Below the pieces are notes generated by a model. The model ran no database searches. It was given only the letters and a program-made list of their open reading frames with translations, and was not told the origin of the DNA. A DNA stretch of 36,526 nucleotides from Gemmatimonadota bacterium (GTDB lineage Bacteria; Gemmatimonadota; Gemmatimonadetes; Longimicrobiales; Gaopeijiaceae): positions 37,272 through 73,797 of the forward strand of contig DUCW01000183.1 of NCBI GenBank assembly GCA_012959595.1. Reading direction: 5' to 3'. The translations under genes and the position numbers were made by a program. Shown in pieces: positions 20,767-30,036 of this stretch (position 1 is the first letter of the stretch; each line of letters opens with the position of its first letter).

Positions 20767-20908
20767 TCGACGAAACAATTCAGTTAGATGAAAAAAGATC
20801 CCACAGTTCCATCCGAACAATATGGAAAAGAATCAGACTATTCCACATTTAAAGAAACGAATAAGGAAATATCTATTCTTAATTTACTCGAACAAGTCCT
20901 TCCGCTAC

Positions 20909-21757
20909 CTACTCCGACCGAGACTTTAATTCAACCACAGGAACAATCATTTCTTCCGGAGATATGCCCCCATGCAGAAAGGAGTTGCGGTAACGACGTT
21001 GGTACTCTCTGAGACGATTTTGATAGACAAAATAATGGTCATCTAGAGCAAGGGCATATGAAGTCCCCAATGGAGCGGGTGGTAATCTTAGGTCCTCGTC
21101 CACTTTAGTTAAGAACGAAGCTTCTGGATTGTCGAGCCTAAGATCTCTACCAATCTTATACCTCAAACTACTTGTCGCGTCCTTCTTTGCATATATCACC
21201 GTTGGCCTTCTACAGAGTATAGATCCATGATCACTAGTGAGCAAAACACGGTGGCCTGCGGCGGCGGCGTCCTTCATAACCGAAAAAGCAGTCGATCTTT
21301 CAAACCAAGAACGAGTTAGATTTCTAAGAGCAGCCTCGTCCCTCGCAACTTCCATCAAAATAGCTGAATCACTCCGACCATGTGTCATCATATCCACAAA
21401 ATTAAATACAGTGACGACAACAGACCTTGGTTTCTTGAGTGCAGATCGCACTCGGGCCCTAACTCGTCCCCCTTTTACGTCTGAAATAACCTTTTCGTAA
21501 TGGACTGGAATCGACTCTCCACATAATGCTTCCAAGTGGTTTTTCAAGAGCTCGTCCTCAAAATCATTGAGACCGACTTTCTCTTTCGAACCACCGATTC
21601 TCTGTCCACCACTCTCAAAGATCTCGTCCGGAAAACTACCGCTGAAAATCGCGTTTCTGCAGTACGGAGTTGCAGTTGGTAAAATAGAATAATGATAAGA
21701 TTCCTGGATTTCAAAATACGGAACCAAAAGTGGTGCTATCACTCTCCATTGATCCAT
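20909..21757 (-). CDS. PglZ (alkaline-phosphatase-like) domain fragment, part 2 of 2 of a frameshifted PorX-like response regulator
   Basis: It reads MDQWRVIAPLL ... YYSILPTATPYCRNAIFSG ... FNFVDMMTHG ... VLLTSDHGS ... FLHGGISPEEMIVPV. The frame stays open upstream of its ATG to 21817 and encodes ..NVCLRMDQW. Confidence 0.75.
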   Translation of the reverse strand: MDQWRVIAPLLVPYFEIQESYHYSILPTATPYCRNAIFSGSFPDEIFESGGQRIGGSKEKVGLNDFEDELLKNHLEALCGESIPVHYEKVISDVKGGRVRARVRSALKKPRSVVVTVFNFVDMMTHGRSDSAILMEVARDEAALRNLTRSWFERSTAFSVMKDAAAAGHRVLLTSDHGSILCRRPTVIYAKKDATSSLRYKIGRDLRLDNPEASFLTKVDEDLRLPPAPLGTSYALALDDHYFVYQNRLREYQRRYRNSFLHGGISPEEMIVPVVELKSRSE

Positions 21758-22467
21758 ACGGAGACAAACATTACTGAAGATTCCCCTAGCATAGGTACCA
21801 GATGCTTCTCTACTAGATCAACGGAAAGTGAAGGCTTCCCCTCCCTGATTCCTTGCATCCATTTTGGATATTCGGATTTTATCCAGGATCCAAAATCTTT
21901 TCTGAGATCAACCAACAAAGATTGTACGGTGTCCAATAAACCCTCTTCGTTGGAATATTCGAGGCGAACATGCCAGTCTGTTAATTCAATATATAGTTCG
22001 GCAAATTCACGCTCAGTTTCAGCCCTTTGTAGTCTCCGAGAAATCGTTGGGAACTGTTCTGCAAAATCTCTGGCCACATGTTCCTGGCGAATTGACGATC
22101 CCTCTAAAACTCTTGTGACAGCAGAAAGTACCTGTAAAGGACTGACCGGTTTGAGCAAGTAATCATCAGCCCTGCGTCCAATGGCTTCCTTCATTGTACG
22201 GTCTTCTTCGGACTTAGTAACCATAACCACCCTAGTCCTCAAATTATTCTTACGAACCAAGTCAAGTATTTCCAATCCACTTCGTCCAGGCATCTGCTCA
22301 TCAAGAAGAAGAAGGTCGTAACTGTGTCTCTCTATGAGTACTAGAGCATCGTCACCATTTGTTATTGCATCCACGTGATACCCCCTATCCCTCAAGAATA
22401 ACAGATGGGGCCTGAGAAGATCGATTTCATCATCAACCCAAAGGATGCGTTTCAGTGACAAGCTCAT
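21739..22467 (-). CDS. response-regulator receiver domain plus helical linker, part 1 of 2 of a frameshifted PorX-like response regulator
   Basis: The REC domain reads ILWVDDEIDLL ... DLLLLDEQMPGRSGLEIL ... VVMVTKSEE ... ADDYLLKP. The ORF ends in the hydrophobic strand SSVMFVSV, then reaches a stop 19 nt into the next ORF. Confidence 0.78.
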   Translation of the reverse strand: MSLSLKRILWVDDEIDLLRPHLLFLRDRGYHVDAITNGDDALVLIERHSYDLLLLDEQMPGRSGLEILDLVRKNNLRTRVVMVTKSEEDRTMKEAIGRRADDYLLKPVSPLQVLSAVTRVLEGSSIRQEHVARDFAEQFPTISRRLQRAETEREFAELYIELTDWHVRLEYSNEEGLLDTVQSLLVDLRKDFGSWIKSEYPKWMQGIREGKPSLSVDLVEKHLVPMLGESSVMFVSVWINGE

Positions 22468-22622
22468 AGAATCTCAATCCAACTACTTAAAAGTCCAAAT
22501 GGTATTACAGCCGAAGAGCTACTTATATTTGCTTCTGGAAAAGCTATACCAAATCCAACTAGGTAGACAATTAATAGTAAGTTCTTCTGCCGCCAATAAA
22601 TGCTGTACATGATAATTCAAAA

Positions 22623-23708
22623 TCAACTGTTTGTTTTTTCTAATTGTGCAAATGCATGAGCTTTTAACTGTCCACATGCCGCATCTATATCTCTGCCTCG
22701 TGTCTCCCTGACAGCCACTGAAACGCCCTTCTTCTTAAGTCTGTCTGCAAACTCTTGAATCCTCGCTCGCTTCGAGGCAGTCCACTCATTCTGAGGAATA
22801 GGATTAAAAGGAATTAAATTAACAAAAGCATGCAATTGAAGAGCGATTTCTCCCAAGGGATCGATGAGATCCAAGCCATCATTGACTCCTTCAATCATGG
22901 TATACTCCAGAGTAACCCGTCTACCGTTATCTTTTTTGAAATCCTCTACAGCCTGAAGAACCTCTGGTAACGGGTAACGTAACTCCAGAGGTATCAGCTG
23001 GCTCCTAAGCTCGGGCAATGGTGAATGGAGTGAAAGCGCCAATCCAAATTGTTCTGGACGCTTTGCCAACGCAACAATTCCCGGAATAAACCCAACCGTT
23101 GAAATAGTAATTCGACGAGCACCCACTTTGTAACCTTGGTTCAGAGTAGTTAGAGAAGTTGGAAGAGATCGCCTGTTTGCGAGAGGCTCACCCATACCCA
23201 TAAATACAATATTAGTTATGGGACCATACTCGTTTTCCCGTGCCCAACGCTGCGAAGCACGGTACTGGCCCACAATCTCTCCAGCTGTGAGTTGTCGCTT
23301 GAATCCCCCCCAGCCTGTAGCACAAAAAGTGCACCCCATTGCACAACCTACTTGGGAAGATATACACAGTGTAAGCCGCCGATCTGCTGGGATAAGCACA
23401 GACTCTATTAATTCGCCATCCTTAAGAAGCCAGAGGTGTTTGGCTGTGCCATCCTGGCTGACCTGCAATAATTTGGCGAATGGCTGATCTATCTCAAAAG
23501 CATCTTGAAGACCTCTCCGTTCCCTTTGAGGCAAGTCTGTCATTTCAGTGAAGTCATTGGCCAATCCATCATATAACCAAGACTCTACTTGCCCGATACG
23601 GTAATCGGGCTGACCTCTTTTCAGGAAATGTTCCCCTAATGACAAACGGAGTTTCTCCGGAGTCATTGAGAGTAGGTCGTGCCTTACTTTTGTAGGGGAT
23701 GCACCCAT
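22623..23708 (-). CDS. rlmN: 23S rRNA/tRNA (adenine-C2)-methyltransferase, radical SAM
   Basis: It has YRIGQVESWLY, the radical-SAM cluster motif QVGCAMGCTFCATG, MGMGEPLAN and DIDAACGQL. Confidence 0.92.
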   Translation of the reverse strand: MGASPTKVRHDLLSMTPEKLRLSLGEHFLKRGQPDYRIGQVESWLYDGLANDFTEMTDLPQRERRGLQDAFEIDQPFAKLLQVSQDGTAKHLWLLKDGELIESVLIPADRRLTLCISSQVGCAMGCTFCATGWGGFKRQLTAGEIVGQYRASQRWARENEYGPITNIVFMGMGEPLANRRSLPTSLTTLNQGYKVGARRITISTVGFIPGIVALAKRPEQFGLALSLHSPLPELRSQLIPLELRYPLPEVLQAVEDFKKDNGRRVTLEYTMIEGVNDGLDLIDPLGEIALQLHAFVNLIPFNPIPQNEWTASKRARIQEFADRLKKKGVSVAVRETRGRDIDAACGQLKAHAFAQLEKTNS

Positions 23709-23760
23709 TAATTAATCCCTGAAAATATAATGAAGATTCTTACGGTCGATCTGGACACAA

Positions 23761-24411
23761 CTACATTCTAATAGTATAAAAAAACCAGCTGCTGACCGCC
23801 TTACCAGCCCTTGTGGCTGGGTCAAATATCCATTCCGTAGCTTGTTCAATCAACTGACTATTAAAACTACTGCTCGTAGTAGGAGATATTACTCGAGTCG
23901 AATCCGCGACAACTCGACCCCCTTCATCTACAAACACTCCGATCTCAATCTCTTCAACATCCAGTCCCTCCATGAATTGAGGGACCACTATCCCCCTAGG
24001 TAAAGGGGGTGTAGTAAGGGCCGATCCAATTCCAGAATCTTGGCTTCCAACAGTGGGTATGGTTACAAGCAGCCTTTCTTTAGCATCACCCAGGCCATCT
24101 AATAATGGTGAGGACACTTCGATCGAAGATATCACTTCTATTTCCAAAACAGGTAGTACTTCTAATACAATTCTGGGAACCATTGGCCTAACCACTTGAT
24201 TTTGAGCTAAAGGCTGGATCCTAACCACCTGCATCATGCTCAATCGACTTCGGTCGTCCGAGCTCTCTGCACCTTGGTCAGCTAGATTGGTGGGAGTAAA
24301 CATCTCCTCCCCCCACCAAAAAAACAAAAGTGTGGCGTGTAGAATCACAGATAGCAAAAAACTGGTCAGCCACACCTTGCTTTCCAGAAAACGCCTGTCA
24401 GAGTTTCTCAC
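23761..24411 (-). CDS. TonB-like energy-transducer family protein
   Basis: It has a GTG start and an N-terminal anchor WLTSFLLSVILHATLLFFW. The C-terminus LIEQATEWIFDPATRAGKAVSSWFFYTIRM resembles the end of the TonB C-terminal domain. Confidence 0.45.
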   Translation of the reverse strand: MRNSDRRFLESKVWLTSFLLSVILHATLLFFWWGEEMFTPTNLADQGAESSDDRSRLSMMQVVRIQPLAQNQVVRPMVPRIVLEVLPVLEIEVISSIEVSSPLLDGLGDAKERLLVTIPTVGSQDSGIGSALTTPPLPRGIVVPQFMEGLDVEEIEIGVFVDEGGRVVADSTRVISPTTSSSFNSQLIEQATEWIFDPATRAGKAVSSWFFYTIRM

Positions 24412-24597
24412 CCTGAAACCATGAGGATTTTATCTAAAGAAACGAGTCCTTCCATATTTCTCCCTACACTAGTGGCTTTCCCAAGAATTACTTTCCATGA
24501 CAAAGTTCAATAGCACTTGCCACGCTATTTCCTCTTATACAAGTTCCACTTCTCCTATAGGAATTGACAAGTGCACATTTAAGAGCCAAAACTAGCT

Positions 24598-25419
24598 ATG
24601 AGTGAATCAGACCAGAACCTTCCCAAGGGTATAAGAGCCAATTACCCGAAACGTCCTACCATCGACGAAGATACTTGGTCTAAAATCCGGGCTTCACAAG
24701 AGCGAATGAAGGATCGAGAATTCGTTCGTTTTTCAGTATTCAAAGTCGACCCCGGTTGGCGGCGACTTGCAGTTGATGAACGTAACAACCACAAAGACGA
24801 GTTTGAAGCTCTAATAGCTACAAAAGTGCGGGACATGATGATCTATTCTTACGCCTTGGTTGGGACACGAGGAGACGCAGACTTCGTCCTCTGGCAAGCC
24901 AGTAAAGATCTGGACCAACTCCATGATCTAGCTTCTACTATAAACCATAGTAAGCTAGGTGGGTATCTATCCCTGCCATATTCCTACTTTGCCATGACCA
25001 AACGGTCAATTTACTTGAACCGTTATGAGGAAGAATATATCGCGAAGTATGGAGGGGAAGAAACTCTAGATACCGCTCGCATCGCTATCAATCCTCAAGG
25101 ATCAAAATACCTATTTGTGTACCCAATGGTGAAAACAAGGGATTGGTATAGACTTCCCCACGAAGACCGGCAACGTATGATGGACGAACATATCCGAGTA
25201 GGACACAAATGGCCGGACGTAAAGCTGAACACCACATATTCCTATGGTTTAGATGACCAGGAATTTGTTGTCGCCTTTGAAGGTGACCACCCTGGTCGAT
25301 TTCTAGATTTATTGATGGCCCTGCGTCTAACTGAAGCTTCCGCCTACACTTCGTTCGACGTACCAGCGTTTACTGGGCTAGCAAGATCTTTAAGGGATAC
25401 GTTGAATTCCCTAGGATAA
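24598..25419 (+). CDS. hemQ: chlorite dismutase family protein, coproheme decarboxylase type (HemQ/ChdC)
   Basis: YLFVYPMVKTRDWYRLPHEDRQRMMDEHIRVGHKWPDVKLNTTYSYGLDDQEFVVAFEGD ... LRLTEASAYT matches the HemQ pattern as I remember it. Confidence 0.82.
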   Translation: MSESDQNLPKGIRANYPKRPTIDEDTWSKIRASQERMKDREFVRFSVFKVDPGWRRLAVDERNNHKDEFEALIATKVRDMMIYSYALVGTRGDADFVLWQASKDLDQLHDLASTINHSKLGGYLSLPYSYFAMTKRSIYLNRYEEEYIAKYGGEETLDTARIAINPQGSKYLFVYPMVKTRDWYRLPHEDRQRMMDEHIRVGHKWPDVKLNTTYSYGLDDQEFVVAFEGDHPGRFLDLLMALRLTEASAYTSFDVPAFTGLARSLRDTLNSLG

Positions 25420-25426
25420 ACGTGCT

Positions 25427-26335
25427 GTGGTGACTATGAAAGAAACAGACATATCAAGTAGCAAAAAAGGCTCTCTAAAATCCAAAGTAGTCAGTTTCTA
25501 TAAGCTGACCAAGCCAGGAATCACCCTATATGTCATGCTCACGGCTGGGGCCAGTCACTATGTCGCCGTCCAAGGAAACGTTATACCCCAGACTTTAGTA
25601 GCAACATTAGTCGGAATATTATTGGGATCAGCTGGATCTCTTTCTCTTAATCAATACTTGGAACGAGATTTAGACGCATTGATGATCCGCACTCGGTCCC
25701 GCCCATTACCTTCAGGCCATCTAAAACCATATGAAGCGTTATTGTTTGGTGTGACTCTTGTATTGGTGGGTACCGTTTACCTAACCCTAACGGTAGGCAG
25801 ATTGCCCGCTTCTCTCATGGCTCTATCAGCTGGAATATACCTTTTTGTTTACACTCCACTTAAAACTAGATCTTACCTAGCTACTTTAGTTGGAGCCATA
25901 CCTGGTGCCCTTCCTGTGCTAATAGGTTGGAGTGCAGCTACCGGAAGTATCGAGTTCGGATCCGTACTAATCTTCGGTATCGCATTCCTGTGGCAGTTAC
26001 CCCACGTCCTCGCTCTCAGTTGGTTGCTCAGAGAGGACTATAGTAGAGTCGGGTTTTTGCTGACCCCCCCTACCGATCCCCAAGGGAAACGAATCGGTAG
26101 GCACATGGTATACCACTCTGCGTCACTCTTGTTTGTCAGTGGACTACCCACTCTAATAGGCATGACGGGAGGACTATACCTGTTAGGAGCGGTAATCTTG
26201 GGAGTGGTAACCCTAACACTCTCAGTTTTAGCTGCAATGAACATGTCTGAAGTATCTGCCAGAAAAATATTCTTGTGGTCACTGCTTTACCAACCTTTCT
26301 TGCTGAGTCTACTCCTGATTGACTCGATTCGCTAA
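25427..26335 (+). CDS. ctaB: protoheme IX farnesyltransferase (heme O synthase)
   Basis: A UbiA-family polytopic protein with YKLTKPGITLYVMLTA and LNQYLERDLDALMIRTRSRPLPSG. The start is GTG at 25427 or ATG at 25436. Confidence 0.88.
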   Translation: MVTMKETDISSSKKGSLKSKVVSFYKLTKPGITLYVMLTAGASHYVAVQGNVIPQTLVATLVGILLGSAGSLSLNQYLERDLDALMIRTRSRPLPSGHLKPYEALLFGVTLVLVGTVYLTLTVGRLPASLMALSAGIYLFVYTPLKTRSYLATLVGAIPGALPVLIGWSAATGSIEFGSVLIFGIAFLWQLPHVLALSWLLREDYSRVGFLLTPPTDPQGKRIGRHMVYHSASLLFVSGLPTLIGMTGGLYLLGAVILGVVTLTLSVLAAMNMSEVSARKIFLWSLLYQPFLLSLLLIDSIR

Positions 26336-26356
26336 CAATTTTACCTGAGAGCATTC

Positions 26357-27547
26357 ATGTTGCACAAACTATTTTTGACTATGCTTTTGTCTTCAGCTGT
26401 ATATTCCCAAAACCTTGCGGGCCAAGACGGTAAACGCCCAAGAGCAAGAGATCTTGGTATCGAAGTCGGTGTTTTTTCTCCGGGAGCATTGAATGCTATT
26501 ACAGACGTTGCTGGTGTCCGCGTAAGCCACGTTACCCTAGAAAATGGAGATGACATCAACACTGGTGTCACTGCTATTTACCCCCATGGTGGCAGTATCT
26601 ATCATGACCGAGTCCCTGCAGCCATCCATGTGGGAAATGGCTATGGAAAACTTCTTGGAGTCACTCAGATACGAGAACTTGGTGAGCTAGAAACACCAAT
26701 ACTACTGACATGCACCCTATGTGTCTGGCGAGTAGCAGACGCAATGGTTGAATGGCTATTAGAACAACCAGGAATGGGAGACGTACGATCCCTTAATGCT
26801 GTAGTAGGCGAAACTAATGATGGTGGACTCAACAACATTAGGAGCCGTCCTATCAGAGCTGCACATGTTAGACAAGCTCTGACAACCGCTCAATCCGGCC
26901 CAGTGGAAGAAGGATCTGTAGGAGCTGGGAGGGGCACCAGGGCTTTCGGGTGGAAAGGTGGGATAGGAACCAGTAGTAGAGTCTTGCCTGAAAGTTTAGG
27001 AGGATTCACGACAGGAGTACTTGTACAATCTAATTTCGGTGGAATATTAACGATTGACGGAGCTCCAGTCGGCCAAGAAATGGGACGCTACTCCTTTAAA
27101 GAAAACCTCCATCCAGACAACGATCCCCTCAAGGAGTCGGATATGTTTGGCTGGGACAGTGCTGACGAGGGCCAAGGATCTATAATGATTATAGTGGCCA
27201 CCGACGCACCTCTCTCTCCACTTAAACTGGAACGACTAGCAAGAAGAGCAATAATAGGACTGGGCAGAACTGGCTCCTTTGCTGGTAACGGAAGTGGAGA
27301 TTACGTAATTTCTTTTTCTACAGCTGACGAAGTCCGGCGACCACGGGATCACTCTGTACTGCAGTTAAAGGAAATCTCTAATGACCAAATGTCTGCTCTG
27401 TTCCAGAGTGCTGTAGAAAGTACCGAAGAAGCTATCTACAACTCCATTCTGAAGGCGACTACGGTATCTGGAATGGGGAGAACTGCAGATGCTATAGATC
27501 TGAGTGCTCTTGCCGAAATCCTAAGGAGATTCAACGTGACACCCTAA
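26357..27547 (+). CDS. secreted P1/S58 family peptidase (DmpA-like L-aminopeptidase/D-esterase)
   Basis: The signal peptide is MLHKLFLTMLLSSAVYSQ. Family features are ARDLGIEVGVFSPGALNAITDVAGVRVSHVTL ... NTGVTAIYPHGG and GSIMIIVATDAPL. Confidence 0.75.
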   Translation: MLHKLFLTMLLSSAVYSQNLAGQDGKRPRARDLGIEVGVFSPGALNAITDVAGVRVSHVTLENGDDINTGVTAIYPHGGSIYHDRVPAAIHVGNGYGKLLGVTQIRELGELETPILLTCTLCVWRVADAMVEWLLEQPGMGDVRSLNAVVGETNDGGLNNIRSRPIRAAHVRQALTTAQSGPVEEGSVGAGRGTRAFGWKGGIGTSSRVLPESLGGFTTGVLVQSNFGGILTIDGAPVGQEMGRYSFKENLHPDNDPLKESDMFGWDSADEGQGSIMIIVATDAPLSPLKLERLARRAIIGLGRTGSFAGNGSGDYVISFSTADEVRRPRDHSVLQLKEISNDQMSALFQSAVESTEEAIYNSILKATTVSGMGRTADAIDLSALAEILRRFNVTP

Positions 27548-27559
27548 GAGGCATCCCTC

Positions 27560-28081
27560 TTAGGAAACGACTGAACTTATCAACTCCAAAAGCTCACAAA
27601 CCAGGGTTTTCCCCTTATCTTTAGCATAATAGTGCCGAGTGTGCATAGAGCGCTCTTCGGAAGTCATATTAATCCCTGTCTCCATGAACCACTCTTGTAT
27701 GGGCCTGGGCCTGGGACCCCACCACCCCTTTTCCATGAAATTCTCGTCTAACAAAACCACTATCGGAATAGACCGACTTCTGCCGTTGGTCAAATGGGCA
27801 TCCATAATATCTAAATTCTCGTCTCTCGGTAGGACTCGCAGGTCCAAATTAGAAGCTTCGCTAGCTAACCGAGCCATCACCGGTACCAGATTGACTGCAT
27901 CACCGCACCAGTCTTCTGAAAGCACTAACAAGTGCCAGTTCCTGACACTGCTTTCCAACTCCTTCAGAGCCTGCTCTGAAATCCTGGCCCGTTCATAGAC
28001 CTGATGCCACAATTCCCCATTCTTCTGAACAGCTTCAAGGTATTCAGAAAATGCTAGAGCTCTCCTGTAATGCTCCTGCAT
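27560..28081 (-). CDS. thioredoxin-fold family protein (single-Cys WCGD motif)
   Basis: LLVLSEDWCGDAVNLVPVMARLA ... IPIVVLLDENF is typical of thioredoxin-like proteins. Its ATG overlaps the typA stop as TGATG. Confidence 0.65.
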   Translation of the reverse strand: MQEHYRRALAFSEYLEAVQKNGELWHQVYERARISEQALKELESSVRNWHLLVLSEDWCGDAVNLVPVMARLASEASNLDLRVLPRDENLDIMDAHLTNGRSRSIPIVVLLDENFMEKGWWGPRPRPIQEWFMETGINMTSEERSMHTRHYYAKDKGKTLVCELLELISSVVS

Positions 28082-29916
28082 CAGGAATCTGCACTTCTTT
28101 TAGCCATTTTCTTCCTCATTACTGGATCCAGGTGCCTCTTTCTCAAGCGAATCGCGTCAGGCACTACTTCTATCAATTCATCTTCGGCTATGAATTCTAA
28201 TGCCAGTTCCAAAGTCAACTCTCGCGGAGGTTCTAGCTTGATATTTTCATCGGAGGAGGTGGTCCTCATATTGGTCAATTTTTTCTCTTTGCAAACGTTG
28301 ACATCCATATCTCCTGGTCGAGCGTTTTCACCTACGATCATGCCAGCGTATACTGGATCAGTGGGGCTAACTAACATCTTGGCCCTCTCTTGTAAATTAA
28401 AAAGAGCAAACCCCACAGCTACTCCTTGTCTGTCCGCGACTAACACGCCCCTTTTTCTCCCTATCAGATCTCCCGCGTGGAGACCATACTCTAGAAATCT
28501 GTGATGCAAAATACCCTCACCTCTTGTATCAGTTAAGAATTCTGACCTGTAGCCAAAGAGTCCCCTAGTCGGAACTCTAAACCGGATGTGGACAGATCCA
28601 GAGTCAGTATTCCTCATCTCAATCATTTCACCTTTGCGAGGACCCATTTTTTCCATCACAGCACCGACAAAAGCTTCTGGAATCTCAATGGCGACTTCTT
28701 CGAAGGGTTCCAATAAGCCTTCTGGGCTATGTTTTTGAATCACTTTAGGTCTTGATACTTGGAACTCATAGCCTTCTCTACGCATAGTCTCCATTAGAAT
28801 AGAAAGGTGCAATTCACCTCTTCCAGAAACAGTGAAAGTGTCTGGAGCTCCATCTTCTTGCACTCTCAGGGCAACGTTCCTCTCAAGTTCCCTCAGTAAT
28901 CTTTCTCTTATCTGTCTTGTAGTAATAAATCGTCCAGATTTTCCGGAAAAAGGAGAGTTATTGACCATAAAATCCACTGAAAGGGTCGGTTCCTCTACCG
29001 CTATCCCCATTAATCTTTCTCCATTTTGGAGATCTGAAATAGTCTTTCCAATTTCTACACTATCGATACCTGCAATACCGATAATATCACCAGCAGAAGC
29101 ATTTTCGATCTCTACCTTCTGCAACCCTTCAAATCCGTATATTTTGGTAACTTTCGCTTTAGTGCCTTCACCCAAGGATACTTTCCCGGGCTCTCCAAGA
29201 GGAAGGAGTAGGACCTGGTCGCCTACAGCTACAACTCCACGCTCTATTCTTCCAATCCCTATACGACCTACGTAGTTGGAGTGATCCAATGTGGAAACTA
29301 ACATTTGGAACGAACCTTCTGTGTCTACATTAGGGTGAGGGATAGATTCTGTAATCGTGTCGAAGAGCAAGCTCAAACCATCTCCAATTACTGCAGGATC
29401 GGTAGTCACCCACCCATCTCGCCCAATAGCGTACAGAAATGGAGAGTCCAGTTGAGATTCCGAAGCATCAAGATCCAAAAACAACTCCAGAACTTCATCG
29501 TGAACTTCCATGGGTCGTGCATCGGATCGGTCAAGTTTGTTAATAAGTACTATCGGCTGGAGACCTAAATCTAATGCCTTCCTGGTTACAAATCGCGTTT
29601 GAGGCATCGGACCCTCTGCTGCATCTACAAGCAATAGAACTCCGTCCACCATTCTTAGAATCCTCTCCACTTCTCCACCAAAATCAGCATGGCCTGGTGT
29701 GTCTACAATGTTGATTTTCGTATCCTTCCAACGAATTGATGTATTCTTAGCGAGGATAGTAATCCCTCTTTCTTTTTCCAGAGGATTTGAGTCTAAAACC
29801 CGGTCCTGCACTTTCTCGTTTTCCCTAAATACACCTGTTTGCCTGAGCATTTGGTCCACTAGGGTTGTCTTGCCATGATCGACATGAGCTATAATCGCAA
29901 TATTATTTATTTTCAT
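28081..29916 (-). CDS. typA: translational GTPase TypA/BipA
   Basis: 611 aa with IAIIAHVDHGKTTLVD, DTPGHADFGGEVER, NKLDR and a BipA-type C-terminal domain. Confidence 0.95.
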   Translation of the reverse strand: MKINNIAIIAHVDHGKTTLVDQMLRQTGVFRENEKVQDRVLDSNPLEKERGITILAKNTSIRWKDTKINIVDTPGHADFGGEVERILRMVDGVLLLVDAAEGPMPQTRFVTRKALDLGLQPIVLINKLDRSDARPMEVHDEVLELFLDLDASESQLDSPFLYAIGRDGWVTTDPAVIGDGLSLLFDTITESIPHPNVDTEGSFQMLVSTLDHSNYVGRIGIGRIERGVVAVGDQVLLLPLGEPGKVSLGEGTKAKVTKIYGFEGLQKVEIENASAGDIIGIAGIDSVEIGKTISDLQNGERLMGIAVEEPTLSVDFMVNNSPFSGKSGRFITTRQIRERLLRELERNVALRVQEDGAPDTFTVSGRGELHLSILMETMRREGYEFQVSRPKVIQKHSPEGLLEPFEEVAIEIPEAFVGAVMEKMGPRKGEMIEMRNTDSGSVHIRFRVPTRGLFGYRSEFLTDTRGEGILHHRFLEYGLHAGDLIGRKRGVLVADRQGVAVGFALFNLQERAKMLVSPTDPVYAGMIVGENARPGDMDVNVCKEKKLTNMRTTSSDENIKLEPPRELTLELALEFIAEDELIEVVPDAIRLRKRHLDPVMRKKMAKRSADS

Positions 29917-30036
29917 ATTATTGACTAAACACCTTCCCCTAATAGAGAACCTTTTCCAGCTTGAAAGAGTGCACTTTCAAAGAGCTAGGTGAAAACTCGT
30001 AAGATCGCGAGGCAGAAGGAAGGCGAGAAGGCGTTA

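Noticed and set aside
28070-29568. Antisense ORFs inside typA (28070..28504, 28832..29275, 29305..29568).
   Set aside because: These are shadow ORFs of a highly conserved GTPase gene. Their translations are low-complexity.
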